Notes: a model not told the origin generated them from the sequence alone. A stretch of DNA of 61,846 nucleotides from an uncultured Prevotella sp. (GCA_963639175.1 CAVHUN010000066.1:1-61846), one strand, 5' to 3'. Shown: positions 8,885 through 18,372, numbered from the stretch's first letter. A program made the numbers and translations.

Positions 8885-10228
8885 ATGGAAAATATAGATA
8901 ATAATTATAAGCAAGAATATCTAAAAAAGTTAGAAAAGACTAAAGAAAGAAGAAATAAAAGAAGAATTATTTTTGATGTAATTAGAAATAGTCTTACTTA
9001 TATTGCTTCATTTTTTTCAATAGTAGTCTTATTAGGAGTTATTTCATATTGTATTATTAATGGTAGTTCTACTCTTTCTATGGAATTTATTACTAGTCCA
9101 ACTATTGAATCTAATGAAAATTACATCATGAGTAAAGATGATATTTTAATTAGTGATTCTACTTTTAATTACAATCCTAGTAAGGATGAATATTTCTCTT
9201 CTAAATGGGGTGTATCATTTAAAGATTCTACTAATTCAGATGGTTCTTATAAACTAGTTGTTTCTTATATTGATACTTCTTCCCCATTTTTAAAGCTTTA
9301 TAATTCTAGAAATTTAAATCAAGATGAACTTTATTTAACTCATATTAATAATGGTGATTCAATAAAAAGTCTAATTGGAGTTGATAAAGATAATGAAGAT
9401 GTTGAAATATATGCTAGAAATGGCGCTGAAGTTTTTGCAACTAAATTAAATAAATGCGTATTAATTACTCAAGCCGTTGTTCAAATTTCTCGCACAGGAA
9501 TTATTGGTCCATTATTATCTACTCTTTTATTTATTTTATTTGCTTTATTAATTAGCTTACCTTTAGGAATTGGAGGAGCTATATATTTAGGAATATATGC
9601 TAAAAATAATTTTATTACTAGAGCAATAAGATCATTAATAGATATGATAAGTGGCATTCCTTCAATTATATTTGGTTTAGCTGGGGCTATTATATTTATT
9701 CCAATCTTTGGTGGTACTGGTTCAATTATTTCTGGTTCATTTACTTTAGCAATTATGGTACTTCCTACCTTAATTAAAAATATTGAAGAATCAATTAAAT
9801 TAATTCCTACTAGTTTAACTCACGCATCAATCGCTTTAGGAGCTAGTCAAACTCAAACAGTATTTAAAATAATTATTCCCAATTCAATTAAAGGTATATT
9901 AACTGGTAGCTTACTTTCAATAGGAAGAATAATCGGAGAATCTTCAGCATTAGTATTTGCTTGTGGAGTTGGAATTATTAATTCCCCTAATTTAAATAGT
10001 GGAGCAGCTAGTTTAGCAGTCTATATTTGGAAAATCATGCAAGTGGAAAATCCAAATTATCAAGCTGCTAGTGCTACTGCCTTATTAATATTAATTATTG
10101 TCTTAATATTAAATATTTCAGTTAAATTCATCGCCTATAAATGTGATAAGTTCACACCAAAGAAAAAATCTAAATTAATGACAAATATTAAAAATATATT
10201 TAAAAAGAAAGAAATAGTTAAGGAGTAA
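8885..10228 (+). CDS. pstA: phosphate ABC transporter permease PstA with an enlarged extracytoplasmic loop
   Basis: EAA loop [20 protein letters not shown] prefer the ATG at 8885, which has AAGGTG 6 nt upstream, over the GTG at 8876 used by the ORF track. Confidence 0.85.
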   Translation: MENIDNNYKQEYLKKLEKTKERRNKRRIIFDVIRNSLTYIASFFSIVVLLGVISYCIINGSSTLSMEFITSPTIESNENYIMSKDDILISDSTFNYNPSKDEYFSSKWGVSFKDSTNSDGSYKLVVSYIDTSSPFLKLYNSRNLNQDELYLTHINNGDSIKSLIGVDKDNEDVEIYARNGAEVFATKLNKCVLITQAVVQISRTGIIGPLLSTLLFILFALLISLPLGIGGAIYLGIYAKNNFITRAIRSLIDMISGIPSIIFGLAGAIIFIPIFGGTGSIISGSFTLAIMVLPTLIKNIEESIKLIPTSLTHASIALGASQTQTVFKIIIPNSIKGILTGSLLSIGRIIGESSALVFACGVGIINSPNLNSGAASLAVYIWKIMQVENPNYQAASATALLILIIVLILNISVKFIAYKCDKFTPKKKSKLMTNIKNIFKKKEIVKE

Positions 10229-10230
10229 AT

Positions 10231-11040
10231 ATGGATAATTTCAACAATATAATTGAGCAAGAACAACAACTAGATTCATTTGAAAAAGATGAAGATATTA
10301 TCTTTCAAGCTAAAAATCTAAATTTATACTATGATACAAAACACGCTTTAAAAGATATCAATATTAAAATATTTAAAAATAAAGTCACTGCCTTTATTGG
10401 ACCATCTGGATGTGGTAAATCAACATTTTTAAGATGTTTTAATAGAATGAATGATTTAATTGATGGATGTAAAATTGATGGTGATCTATTATTAAATGGA
10501 CAAGATATCAATAAAATTAATCCAATATTATTAAGAACTCAAGTAGGAATGGTCTTCCAACAACCTAATCCATTCCCTATGTCAATTAAAGACAATATTA
10601 CATATGGTCCTAAATGCCAAGGAATTAAAGATAAAAAATATCTAAATATGTTAGTAGAAGAATCTTTAAAAGAAGGAGCCTTATATGAAGAAGTTAAAGA
10701 TAGACTAAAAGAATCAGGTATGGCACTTTCAGGAGGTCAACAACAAAGACTATGTATTGCTAGATGTGTTGCTATGCGACCTGATGTTATCTTAATGGAT
10801 GAACCAACTTCGGCTTTAGATCCTATCGCTACAAAAAAAATTGAAGACTTAATAAAAAAATTAAAAGAAAAATACACCATAATAATAGTCACTCATAACA
10901 TGCAACAAGCAACTAGAGTTTCAGATTATACTGCCTTTTTCATGCTAGGAGAAATAGTTGAATATGGTAAAACAGAACAAATATTCTCTAGACCTAAAAA
11001 CAAAAAGACAGAAGATTATATTACTGGTAGATTCTCTTAA
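10231..11040 (+). CDS. pstB: phosphate ABC transporter ATPase PstB
   Basis: Walker [10 protein letters not shown], signature [13 protein letters not shown] and Walker [12 protein letters not shown]. Confidence 0.95.
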   Translation: MDNFNNIIEQEQQLDSFEKDEDIIFQAKNLNLYYDTKHALKDINIKIFKNKVTAFIGPSGCGKSTFLRCFNRMNDLIDGCKIDGDLLLNGQDINKINPILLRTQVGMVFQQPNPFPMSIKDNITYGPKCQGIKDKKYLNMLVEESLKEGALYEEVKDRLKESGMALSGGQQQRLCIARCVAMRPDVILMDEPTSALDPIATKKIEDLIKKLKEKYTIIIVTHNMQQATRVSDYTAFFMLGEIVEYGKTEQIFSRPKNKKTEDYITGRFS

Positions 11041-11063
11041 TATTAGAAAGGACAATTTAAATT

Positions 11064-11708
11064 ATGCAAAACAATGAAGAAATTAATATCTTAAAACAAG
11101 ATGTTTTAAAAATGTACAAGGATGTAAAAACAAACTTAGAACAAGCCTTTGACTGTTTATTAAAATTTGATTCAAATAAAGAATACACCTTAATTGATGA
11201 TACTAAAATTGATGCTCAAGAAAGAAAAATAGAACAAAAATGTCTACACTTAATGCTAACAGAAAGACTATTTGCTTATGAAATTAGATTTGTCCCAGGA
11301 GTTATGTGTTTAGTTCAAGATTTAGAAAGACTAGGAGATCACGCCCAAGATATTCAACATTTTGCCCTTAAATTAAAACAAGAAAACATCTCTAGCTGGA
11401 TAAAACTTAAAAAATTAATATCATTTGTATTTGAAATGGTCGAAAACGCTATAAAAGCCTTTGATACATCTGATGCAGAACTAGCAAAAAAAGTCATAAG
11501 TGATGATGACCATGTTGATCAAGTGTATGAATTAATCTTAAAAGAATTAATTGAAAAAGATCAAGAACATATAATTACATCTAGTTATGCTTTATATACA
11601 ACATTAATAGATAAATATATAGAAAGAATAGCAGATCACGCAACTAACATTGCCGAATGGTCTATATTTATTATCCTAGGCTATTATAAAGACGCACAAA
11701 TAATTTAA
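11064..11708 (+). CDS. phoU: phosphate signalling regulator PhoU
   Basis: Two PhoU repeats carry LGDHAQDI and IADHATNIAEW. It is the last gene of the pst operon. Confidence 0.9.
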   Translation: MQNNEEINILKQDVLKMYKDVKTNLEQAFDCLLKFDSNKEYTLIDDTKIDAQERKIEQKCLHLMLTERLFAYEIRFVPGVMCLVQDLERLGDHAQDIQHFALKLKQENISSWIKLKKLISFVFEMVENAIKAFDTSDAELAKKVISDDDHVDQVYELILKELIEKDQEHIITSSYALYTTLIDKYIERIADHATNIAEWSIFIILGYYKDAQII

Positions 11709-11736
11709 TTAAAATCATAAAATTTTCAATCACAAT

Positions 11737-11775
11737 AAAAGATGAAAGCTATAATTAACTTCCATCTTTTAATTT
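11737..11775. terminator. hairpin terminator between the convergent phoU and lipoprotein genes
   Basis: AAAAGATGAAAG (11737-11748) pairs with CTTCCATCTTTT (11758-11770) with one mismatch. It is flanked by A/T runs. Confidence 0.6.
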
Positions 11776-11807
11776 TGAATATTTATTTATAATTTTAAGT
11801 CTACTAA

Positions 11808-14105
11808 TTAAGCAGCTGCTTTATCAGAGATTACTAATGACATAGATTTAATGTTATTAGTAATTTCTACACTATTAATTTCGTAGAAACCCCAACTAAA
11901 TGTTGCAGCTAAATCTTTTGAAGTATTATCATTATATGTAATAGTTAATTTCACATCTAATTCCGATAAATATACTGAATAATTGCCACTAGAATCATAT
12001 TCAAAGGCAGTGATTGATACATTTATTTTATTACCAACTGTAATAGTATTTGTACTTGTTGTGACTTCAGAAGTTGCAACATTTTCCTTGCTTATTTCGA
12101 ATTGATTATTAACATCATAAATTCTAAGTTCAGGTATTCTATTTACACTTTCATTCTTATATGAGAAATCAATACTAATTTTTTCTGATTCAACAATTGT
12201 AGATTTTAATGAAACATCACCATCTGGCATTATAAATTCAACATACTTACCACTATAAGAAGATTGAATTGTTAATTCGGTTGTTATATCACCATTAACT
12301 AATTCAATTTTAGATAATTCATATCCAAATTGAACACTAAGTTCAATTTTAACAGTATCACCTTCAGCAAATGTAGAAGTATTACTTTCAAAATTTGCTC
12401 TTACTTTTGTTTCATCTTTTAAATCAGCATCCAATGTAACTGTATGGGCTGTTGCAAATGTAAATGTAACGTTAGCTACACCATTTTCAGGCATTTTACA
12501 TTCAACATATCTAGTACCACCATATTTTACTTTTGCATCATATTTTATAGCTTCACTACTAGTTCCATCAGAAATTGTAGCACCAGTTAAAACAAATCCA
12601 GTATTAACTGTTGGGAATAATACAAATGTATCACCAGCACCAAAACTATTTAATGAACTTTCACCAGATGAATCAACTGAATCTTTAACTGATACCTCAC
12701 TAAAATGTGTTGTATCTTCAGTTATTGTAATTGTACCACATGAAACTGCATTTATAACTATAGTGAAATCATTTCCATCACTAGGAGCTGTGAAACTATA
12801 AGCTGTTGCACTTACTGCATTTTGATAACTTGCAATAACGGCGGCTGATTCAGCGCCTTTAAAATATGCAGTTCCTAATTTGAAACCTTCTTTTGCTACA
12901 GCAACTACATAAAATTCACTTCCTGGAGCTACTTTATTATCAGTAACCTCATTATAGTAATAACCATTTCTAGCAAAGATTTTATAAGAAGAAATATTAT
13001 TATCAGCTTCTATAGTAACTGTTGGATATGCAGTAGCAGTAAATGTAATTGTTACATCTTTACCAGGCATTGTAAAACTTACATTAGTACTATATCCACT
13101 ATTTTGAATTTCACCATCTTCAGTTGTTATTTTACAAGTGACTGAAACTCCACTAATAGGAGTATAGTAGAAACTTACTGTTTCACCTTCGATATATGAT
13201 GAACTAGGAGTTTGTGAAAATGTTACATATTCTCCACCAACAATTGTTAATGAATGAGCACTAACTTCTTTAGCTTCAACTTTAATTGTAATATCATCAG
13301 TTATACTAGCACTTAAAGAAATACTTGTAAAATCTTGATACCAACTTGTATAAGTAATATTGACTTCATTAAAATCACCATCACCTATTTTATAGCTAAC
13401 CTTTGTTAAAATCATAGTTTTAGATCTATATAAACCAAAGCTATATAAGTTAGTTCCTTGTTTTAAACTGCTAGGCAAAAATGCTACTAATCCATCAGTT
13501 ACATCTAAAGTAACTGTTTTATCAGTATCTGTTGCTTCAGTTGTATATGCATCATACATACCAACAATAAAGTCAACTTCAGTTTTATCACCTACTTCAG
13601 GCATAATAAATGAACCAACAAGATCACTTCCACTTACTTCAACATTAAATGCAATCTTATGTCCTGCAATATCAATTAAAGCACCTGAATTATAGTTATC
13701 AACTCTACTTGCCATACCTTGTATTGTATAAGTTACTGTATCACCAGTAGAATAACCATCTGCTTTATCAAATGTAAATGTAGCATCAATTGATGCATAA
13801 CATATTACATTAAATGTATGCTTAACCTTTTCTTCTTCACTTGAAGATGAACTAGAGGAAGAAGATTCACTACTAGATGTACTTGATGAAGATTCACTAC
13901 TTGATACTGAGGAAGAACTAGAAGATGAACTTACACTGCTAGGGGTACTAGATGAAGCAGCACTACTTGAAACTTGAGCACTAGATGCAGAGGATTCTGG
14001 TGCTGAAGAGGATGTAGAAGAGCTTGTTGAAGAAGTATTATTATCACATCCAGCTAATAATAATATTGCCATTAATGGCAAAACGAATAATTTAGATTTT
14101 TTCAT
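11808..14105 (-). CDS. Ser-rich surface lipoprotein with repeated beta-modules (paralogue A, 765 aa)
   Basis: MKKSKLFVLPLMAILLLAGC lipobox, then a ~65-aa poly-Ser/Thr/Ala tether. Repeated ~90-aa modules follow, each ending in an F-x-MP-x-x-D/G-V-x-I/V-x-F motif (SFIMPEVGDKTEVDF, SFTMPGKDVTITF, CKMPENGVANVTF, EFIMPDGDVSL). These resemble divergent InlB B-repeat-type modules. Confidence 0.75.
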   Translation of the reverse strand: MKKSKLFVLPLMAILLLAGCDNNTSSTSSSTSSSAPESSASSAQVSSSAASSSTPSSVSSSSSSSSVSSSESSSSTSSSESSSSSSSSSEEEKVKHTFNVICYASIDATFTFDKADGYSTGDTVTYTIQGMASRVDNYNSGALIDIAGHKIAFNVEVSGSDLVGSFIMPEVGDKTEVDFIVGMYDAYTTEATDTDKTVTLDVTDGLVAFLPSSLKQGTNLYSFGLYRSKTMILTKVSYKIGDGDFNEVNITYTSWYQDFTSISLSASITDDITIKVEAKEVSAHSLTIVGGEYVTFSQTPSSSYIEGETVSFYYTPISGVSVTCKITTEDGEIQNSGYSTNVSFTMPGKDVTITFTATAYPTVTIEADNNISSYKIFARNGYYYNEVTDNKVAPGSEFYVVAVAKEGFKLGTAYFKGAESAAVIASYQNAVSATAYSFTAPSDGNDFTIVINAVSCGTITITEDTTHFSEVSVKDSVDSSGESSLNSFGAGDTFVLFPTVNTGFVLTGATISDGTSSEAIKYDAKVKYGGTRYVECKMPENGVANVTFTFATAHTVTLDADLKDETKVRANFESNTSTFAEGDTVKIELSVQFGYELSKIELVNGDITTELTIQSSYSGKYVEFIMPDGDVSLKSTIVESEKISIDFSYKNESVNRIPELRIYDVNNQFEISKENVATSEVTTSTNTITVGNKINVSITAFEYDSSGNYSVYLSELDVKLTITYNDNTSKDLAATFSWGFYEINSVEITNNIKSMSLVISDKAAA
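14043..14105 (-). repeat. conserved signal-peptide cassette, copy 1 (matches 16505-16567)
   Basis: Codons 1-21 differ from the copy at 16505-16567 at a single synonymous position (TCT vs TCA). The mature parts are strongly diverged. Confidence 0.9.
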
Positions 14106-14160
14106 ATTAATTTTTCTTTCCTTTATTAATGGTTTTATTTTAACATTAAAAAATATGCGA

Positions 14161-14239
14161 ATATATTGAAACCGCTTTCATTTAAAAGAAAAATTAAAGG
14201 CTACTAATAATTTAATTTTATTTAAATTAGTTAGTAGCC
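14161..14239 (-). repeat. terminator-plus-upstream-region cassette, copy 1 (homologous to 18264-18329)
   Basis: ATATATTGAAACCGCTTTCA...GGCTACTAATAATTTAATTTTATTTAAAT..TAGTAGCC aligns with TATATTCAAAACGCTTTCA...ACCGCTAATAATTTAATATTATTTAAAT..TAGCAGTC. Confidence 0.75.
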
Positions 14240-14240
14240 T
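14198..14240 (-). terminator. rho-independent terminator of the 773-aa lipoprotein gene
   Basis: On the minus strand, the stem GGCTACTAA/TTAGTAGCC is followed by TTTAATTTTTCTTTT. Confidence 0.7.
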
Positions 14241-14269
14241 ATGTTTTATTTTTTGGATTATGTTATTTA

Positions 14270-16567
14270 TTAAGCAGCATGATCATATACTGCAATTTCT
14301 ATAATTGCAATATCTGAAGTAACTTTTATATTTTCAATAGAATAATTTCCATGAACATAGTTTGCATTTATTTCCTTATAAGATTTATCTTTATAAATAA
14401 CTGTAACTTTAACATCAAATCTTTGAGTTGTATTAGTATCACCTATTGAAATAATAATTACTCCACCTTCTTCAATTTCAGCAGTTGTTTCTTTATAATC
14501 TTGTTTAGATATTCCTTGACTAAAAATATAACTATTCATATTTTGTATTGAAACTGAATCAATATCATATGAACTATAATTATTTACTTCAAACTTAATT
14601 GATGCTTTAGGTGCATCTTCTAAAGTTGCTGAAATAGTAATATTCTTTTCTGGCATATTAAATTCAACATATTTTTGATTATATTCATTAGTTTTTATTT
14701 CTAATTCAACATCATTTTCACCATCGTTGTATTTTACTGATTTAAGTACTTTGCTAGAATTTATAACACTAATTCCGACTTTAACTGTATCATCTTTTAC
14801 ATGTTTTGTATTGTTATTTTCACAAGAGAAATATACATCATTTGTATTTTCAAGTGTTATTTCATATGTCTTTTCAAAAGTAAATGTGAACTTACAAATT
14901 CCACTATTTGGCATGGTTGCTTCAATATAATATCCATTATTATCATATTTAGAATATGAAAGATTACTATCACTACCATCACTTACTAATGCACTTACTA
15001 ATTGATAACCGCTAATTACACTAGGTTGAATTTTAAATGTTTCACCAATTCCAATATTATCTAAAGTAGATGTATTTCCATTATTATCAATGATATTCAC
15101 TTTATTAAAATATGTTGAATCTTCTGTATAAGAAATTTTACCTAATTTAACTGTATTAATAACTATAGTAATACTTTCAGTTGCATTAGAAGGCATATAG
15201 AAATTAAATCCATATAATTTCATTGATGCATGTGAACTTGTAGCAGAAAATGTTTGTTCATAAGGAGTAACTTTATTAGTTTCATCTCCTTTAATATAAG
15301 CAGAAGTAACCTTATATCCTTCTTTTACTTTAGGAATAACATAGAAAGATGAATAATTATTTGCTTTATTTGTTTCTATATAATAACCTGCAGTACTATT
15401 TGGCTTAGCATAAATAGTTGTAGATTCAATATTTTCATTATTTTCAATAATAATTGAAGGGAAAGAAGTAGGAACAAATGTAATAGTTACATCATTAGTA
15501 GGCATATTAAAGCAAATGGAAGTTCCACCACGAGTATTTGTAGCACCTTCAATTGTATAAGTTACATTATATCCATCAACTGCATTATAAGATAAATCAA
15601 CTGTTTCACCTTCTAAATAAGTAGCACTAGGAGTAGAAGTAAAATTAACATATTCTCCACCAACAATATTTAAATTGCGCTTTTGAGCAACTTTAGTCTC
15701 AATCTTAATTGTTAAATTGTCATAAACTTCTAAAGAAAGATCAATAGAAGCAAAATTATTTTTCCAAATTAAAGAAGAATCAACACTTATATATTCCCCT
15801 TCTCCTAATTTATATGAAATCTTGCTAATAACAATATCTTTAGATCTATATAAAGAAAAACCAGATATTCTAGAACCAGTTTTAATAGTTTCAGGAGCAA
15901 TAGCCACAATTCCATCTCCTAAATCAAAAGATATATTTTTAGAATCGCTAGCTTCTGTATTTGTATAAACACTATATTGACCAATAATAAAATCAACTTC
16001 TTTTTCTTCACCTACTTCAGGCATAGTAAATGAACCAACAACATCATTTCCACTTGCTTCAACATTAAAAGCGATATTATGGCCACCAATATTTATTAAT
16101 GCATAATTAAAACTACTAATTGAACTTGCCATATTTAATATAGTGTAATTTACACTATCGCCAGTTTTATAAGAAGTCTTATCAAATAAAAATGAATCCT
16201 TAGAAAGACCATAAACAGCATTTTCTTGAATCTTAATATTAAATGTATGCTTACCTTGTTCATCTTCACTTGAAATAGAAGAAGATGATGTTGAAGTAGA
16301 ACTACTAGAAGAACTATAAGCTGATGAAGAGCTAGTACTACTAGAAGAACTTACACTGCTAGAAGTAGATTCACTACTTGAAAGTGAAGATGAACTAGAA
16401 GAAGGTGAAATTGCACTACTAGATGTACTAGATGAAGATGAGCTAACTAAACTAGAAGGAGTTTGAGAATTAGAAGATGAAGATGTACTTGAAGAAGTTT
16501 TATCATCACATCCAGCTAATAATAATATTGCCATTAATGGCAAAACGAATAATTTTGATTTTTTCAT
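14270..16567 (-). CDS. Ser-rich surface lipoprotein with repeated beta-modules (paralogue B, 765 aa from the ATG)
   Basis: Same architecture as 11808-14105. I place the start at the ATG at 16567, which gives an N-terminus identical to the paralogue (MKKSKLFVLPLMAILLLAGCD), not at the TTG at 16591 of the ORF track. Confidence 0.75.
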   Translation of the reverse strand: MKKSKLFVLPLMAILLLAGCDDKTSSSTSSSSNSQTPSSLVSSSSSSTSSSAISPSSSSSSLSSSESTSSSVSSSSSTSSSSAYSSSSSSTSTSSSSISSEDEQGKHTFNIKIQENAVYGLSKDSFLFDKTSYKTGDSVNYTILNMASSISSFNYALINIGGHNIAFNVEASGNDVVGSFTMPEVGEEKEVDFIIGQYSVYTNTEASDSKNISFDLGDGIVAIAPETIKTGSRISGFSLYRSKDIVISKISYKLGEGEYISVDSSLIWKNNFASIDLSLEVYDNLTIKIETKVAQKRNLNIVGGEYVNFTSTPSATYLEGETVDLSYNAVDGYNVTYTIEGATNTRGGTSICFNMPTNDVTITFVPTSFPSIIIENNENIESTTIYAKPNSTAGYYIETNKANNYSSFYVIPKVKEGYKVTSAYIKGDETNKVTPYEQTFSATSSHASMKLYGFNFYMPSNATESITIVINTVKLGKISYTEDSTYFNKVNIIDNNGNTSTLDNIGIGETFKIQPSVISGYQLVSALVSDGSDSNLSYSKYDNNGYYIEATMPNSGICKFTFTFEKTYEITLENTNDVYFSCENNNTKHVKDDTVKVGISVINSSKVLKSVKYNDGENDVELEIKTNEYNQKYVEFNMPEKNITISATLEDAPKASIKFEVNNYSSYDIDSVSIQNMNSYIFSQGISKQDYKETTAEIEEGGVIIISIGDTNTTQRFDVKVTVIYKDKSYKEINANYVHGNYSIENIKVTSDIAIIEIAVYDHAA
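16505..16567 (-). repeat. conserved signal-peptide cassette, copy 2
   Basis: 62 of 63 nt are identical to 14043-14105. Confidence 0.9.
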
Positions 16568-16634
16568 GTTAAATATTAATTTCCTTTTCAAAACATTTTT
16601 ATTTTATCATGAATATATATTTATAAAATATATA

Positions 16635-18263
16635 TTAAGAAAACTTTGCACAAAGCACTATACAAATTTAACTAAATAGAATAAACAAAATGTTGAAGCA
16701 TGTATTTTTAAACTTTTATAGAGGAAATACATGCTTTTCATTGGAAAAATATAAGCAAAATGTTATAATGTATAGTGTAAATACACCACTATACAAAGGA
16801 TACAATTATGGCAATACCAAAAGAAATATTAGATATTAAAAGACCTAAAAATACTAGAGTTAAAAAGAATGGAAATCATTATGATGTTATTAAAAGAACA
16901 TGTGTTTATAAAGATGGTAGAAGAGTTCCTAAAGAAATCGGAAAGATAGGTGAAATCATAAATGGTAAATATTATGACAAATCTAAAGATAAGATTGAAT
17001 CTTTGTCTTTTTCAAATATAGATATTAAAGAATTTGGCAGAACCAAATTATGCCATAAGCTAAGTGAAGAAATCTTAACTTCTTTAAGAACTTGCTTTTC
17101 TGAAAGTGATTCTCAACAAATATATGTTATGGCACTTCTAAGAAGTGCATATCCTCATATTACAGATAGAGATATGAAATATCGTTATGACACTTCTTTT
17201 ATTTCAACTCATTATCCAAGTGTTCATCTATCAGAAGTTAGCATTTGTAAATTTCTAGAATTACTTGGCAGGAACTATAATAGCCTTCATAAATATATGC
17301 AAGAAAGATTAGATGAAAGAGATAAAGATTGTATTACTATTGTGGATGGTATGTTAAAAGACACTACTGGAAAAGAAAGTAGCTTTGTACAATGGTCAAG
17401 AAAATCTAGAATAAAAGGAACAAAAGAAATATCTGTTCTTTACGCCTTTGATGCAGTTAAAGGGGAACCAATATGTCATAAAGTATACCCTGGAAATATG
17501 CTAGATATGTCTTCTTTTAATGATTTTATAGATAAATTTACATTAAAAGATTGTATGGTAATGGGGGATAAAGGCTTTTTAAGCAAAGAAAATATTGCTG
17601 ATTTAAAACAAAAGAAGCAAGTTCACTTTTTGCTTCCTTTAAAAAGATCTGATAAAAGAATTAACAATTTAAAACTTCTTTGTTTTCAAGGGACATTCAT
17701 TGACGAAGATGATGTTATTGAATATTCTAAAATTGAAAAAGATAAAATGTTTTATTATTGCTTTAAAAACAGTACAGATGCAGCAAGCGAAAGAAAAGGT
17801 TATCTTTTAAAGACACAAAAAGAGGAAAATTATAATAAAGAAAAATTAGATAAAAAAGATGATAAGTTTGGAATTATATGTTTTGAATCAGATCAAGATA
17901 TGAATCCAAAAGATGTATATTCAATGTACGATAAAAGATGGGAAATCGAAATATTTTTCGGATTCTATAAAAATATAGTTGGACTAAATAATGTAAGAGT
18001 AGATGGTGATTTAAGTATAATTGGTTCTGAATTTATCAATATGATATCAACAATAATATCATTAAAGTTAAAAAGAAAATTCATTGAAAAGAAACTAGAT
18101 AAAAAGTATTCTTTCTCACAAATAATGAACTATTTAGATCAAATAAAAAAGTTCAAAGATTCTGAAGGAGTTTGGAAAGATACAACAACTTTGAAATATA
18201 TTTCTGAACTCAAGGAATCCTTAGAACTTTAAAGTATAGTGGTGGGATTTAAAGTTTTATTAA
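16635..18263 (+). mobile_element. insertion sequence, IS1634/IS4-superfamily-like, ~1.63 kb
   Basis: Imperfect terminal inverted repeats. The left repeat is TTAAGAAAACTTTGCACAAAGCACTATAC (16635-16663). The right repeat, revcomp of 18234-18263, is TTAATAAAACTTTAAATCCCACCACTATAC. It holds a single DDE transposase ORF and is flanked by TATA on both sides. It interrupts a sequence that is contiguous in the paralogous intergenic region at 14141-14180. Confidence 0.75.
16808..18232 (+). CDS. DDE transposase (IS4 superfamily, IS1634-like)
   Basis: Candidate DDE residues lie in TIVDGML and VMGDKGF. The C-terminal motif YDKRWEIEIFFGFYKN matches Y-x2-R-x3-E-x6-K. An extended -10 TGTTATAAT sits at 16761-16769 and the RBS AAAGGA at 16795-16800. 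Confidence 0.8.
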   Translation: MAIPKEILDIKRPKNTRVKKNGNHYDVIKRTCVYKDGRRVPKEIGKIGEIINGKYYDKSKDKIESLSFSNIDIKEFGRTKLCHKLSEEILTSLRTCFSESDSQQIYVMALLRSAYPHITDRDMKYRYDTSFISTHYPSVHLSEVSICKFLELLGRNYNSLHKYMQERLDERDKDCITIVDGMLKDTTGKESSFVQWSRKSRIKGTKEISVLYAFDAVKGEPICHKVYPGNMLDMSSFNDFIDKFTLKDCMVMGDKGFLSKENIADLKQKKQVHFLLPLKRSDKRINNLKLLCFQGTFIDEDDVIEYSKIEKDKMFYYCFKNSTDAASERKGYLLKTQKEENYNKEKLDKKDDKFGIICFESDQDMNPKDVYSMYDKRWEIEIFFGFYKNIVGLNNVRVDGDLSIIGSEFINMISTIISLKLKRKFIEKKLDKKYSFSQIMNYLDQIKKFKDSEGVWKDTTTLKYISELKESLEL

Positions 18264-18329
18264 TATATTCAAAACGCTTTCAATAAAAAGACCGCTAATA
18301 ATTTAATATTATTTAAATCACTAGCAGTC
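18264..18329 (-). repeat. terminator-plus-upstream-region cassette, copy 2 (split from its promoter-proximal half by the IS)
   Basis: See 14161-14239. This copy begins exactly at the right IS boundary. Confidence 0.7.
18290..18329 (-). terminator. rho-independent terminator of the 5-gene lipoprotein operon
   Basis: On the minus strand, GACTGCTA...TAGCGGTC (one mismatch) is followed by TTTTTATTG. Confidence 0.6.
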
Positions 18330-18372
18330 AACCCATTAGTTTATATATTAATAATCAAATATAAACTATGAA

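Noticed and set aside
11808-16567. The Ser-rich proteins as SRRP-type adhesins exported by an accessory SecA2/Y2 system.
   Set aside because: They carry ordinary lipoprotein signal peptides. They have no LPxTG motif and no KxYKxGKxW-type signal. No accessory Sec or glycosyltransferase genes are present in the window.
16568-16591. Extended N-termini from alternative start codons: TTG at 16591, TTG at 58719 and GTG at 8876.
   Set aside because: In each case a downstream ATG has a better-placed RBS. For 16567 the ATG also gives an N-terminus identical to the paralogue.
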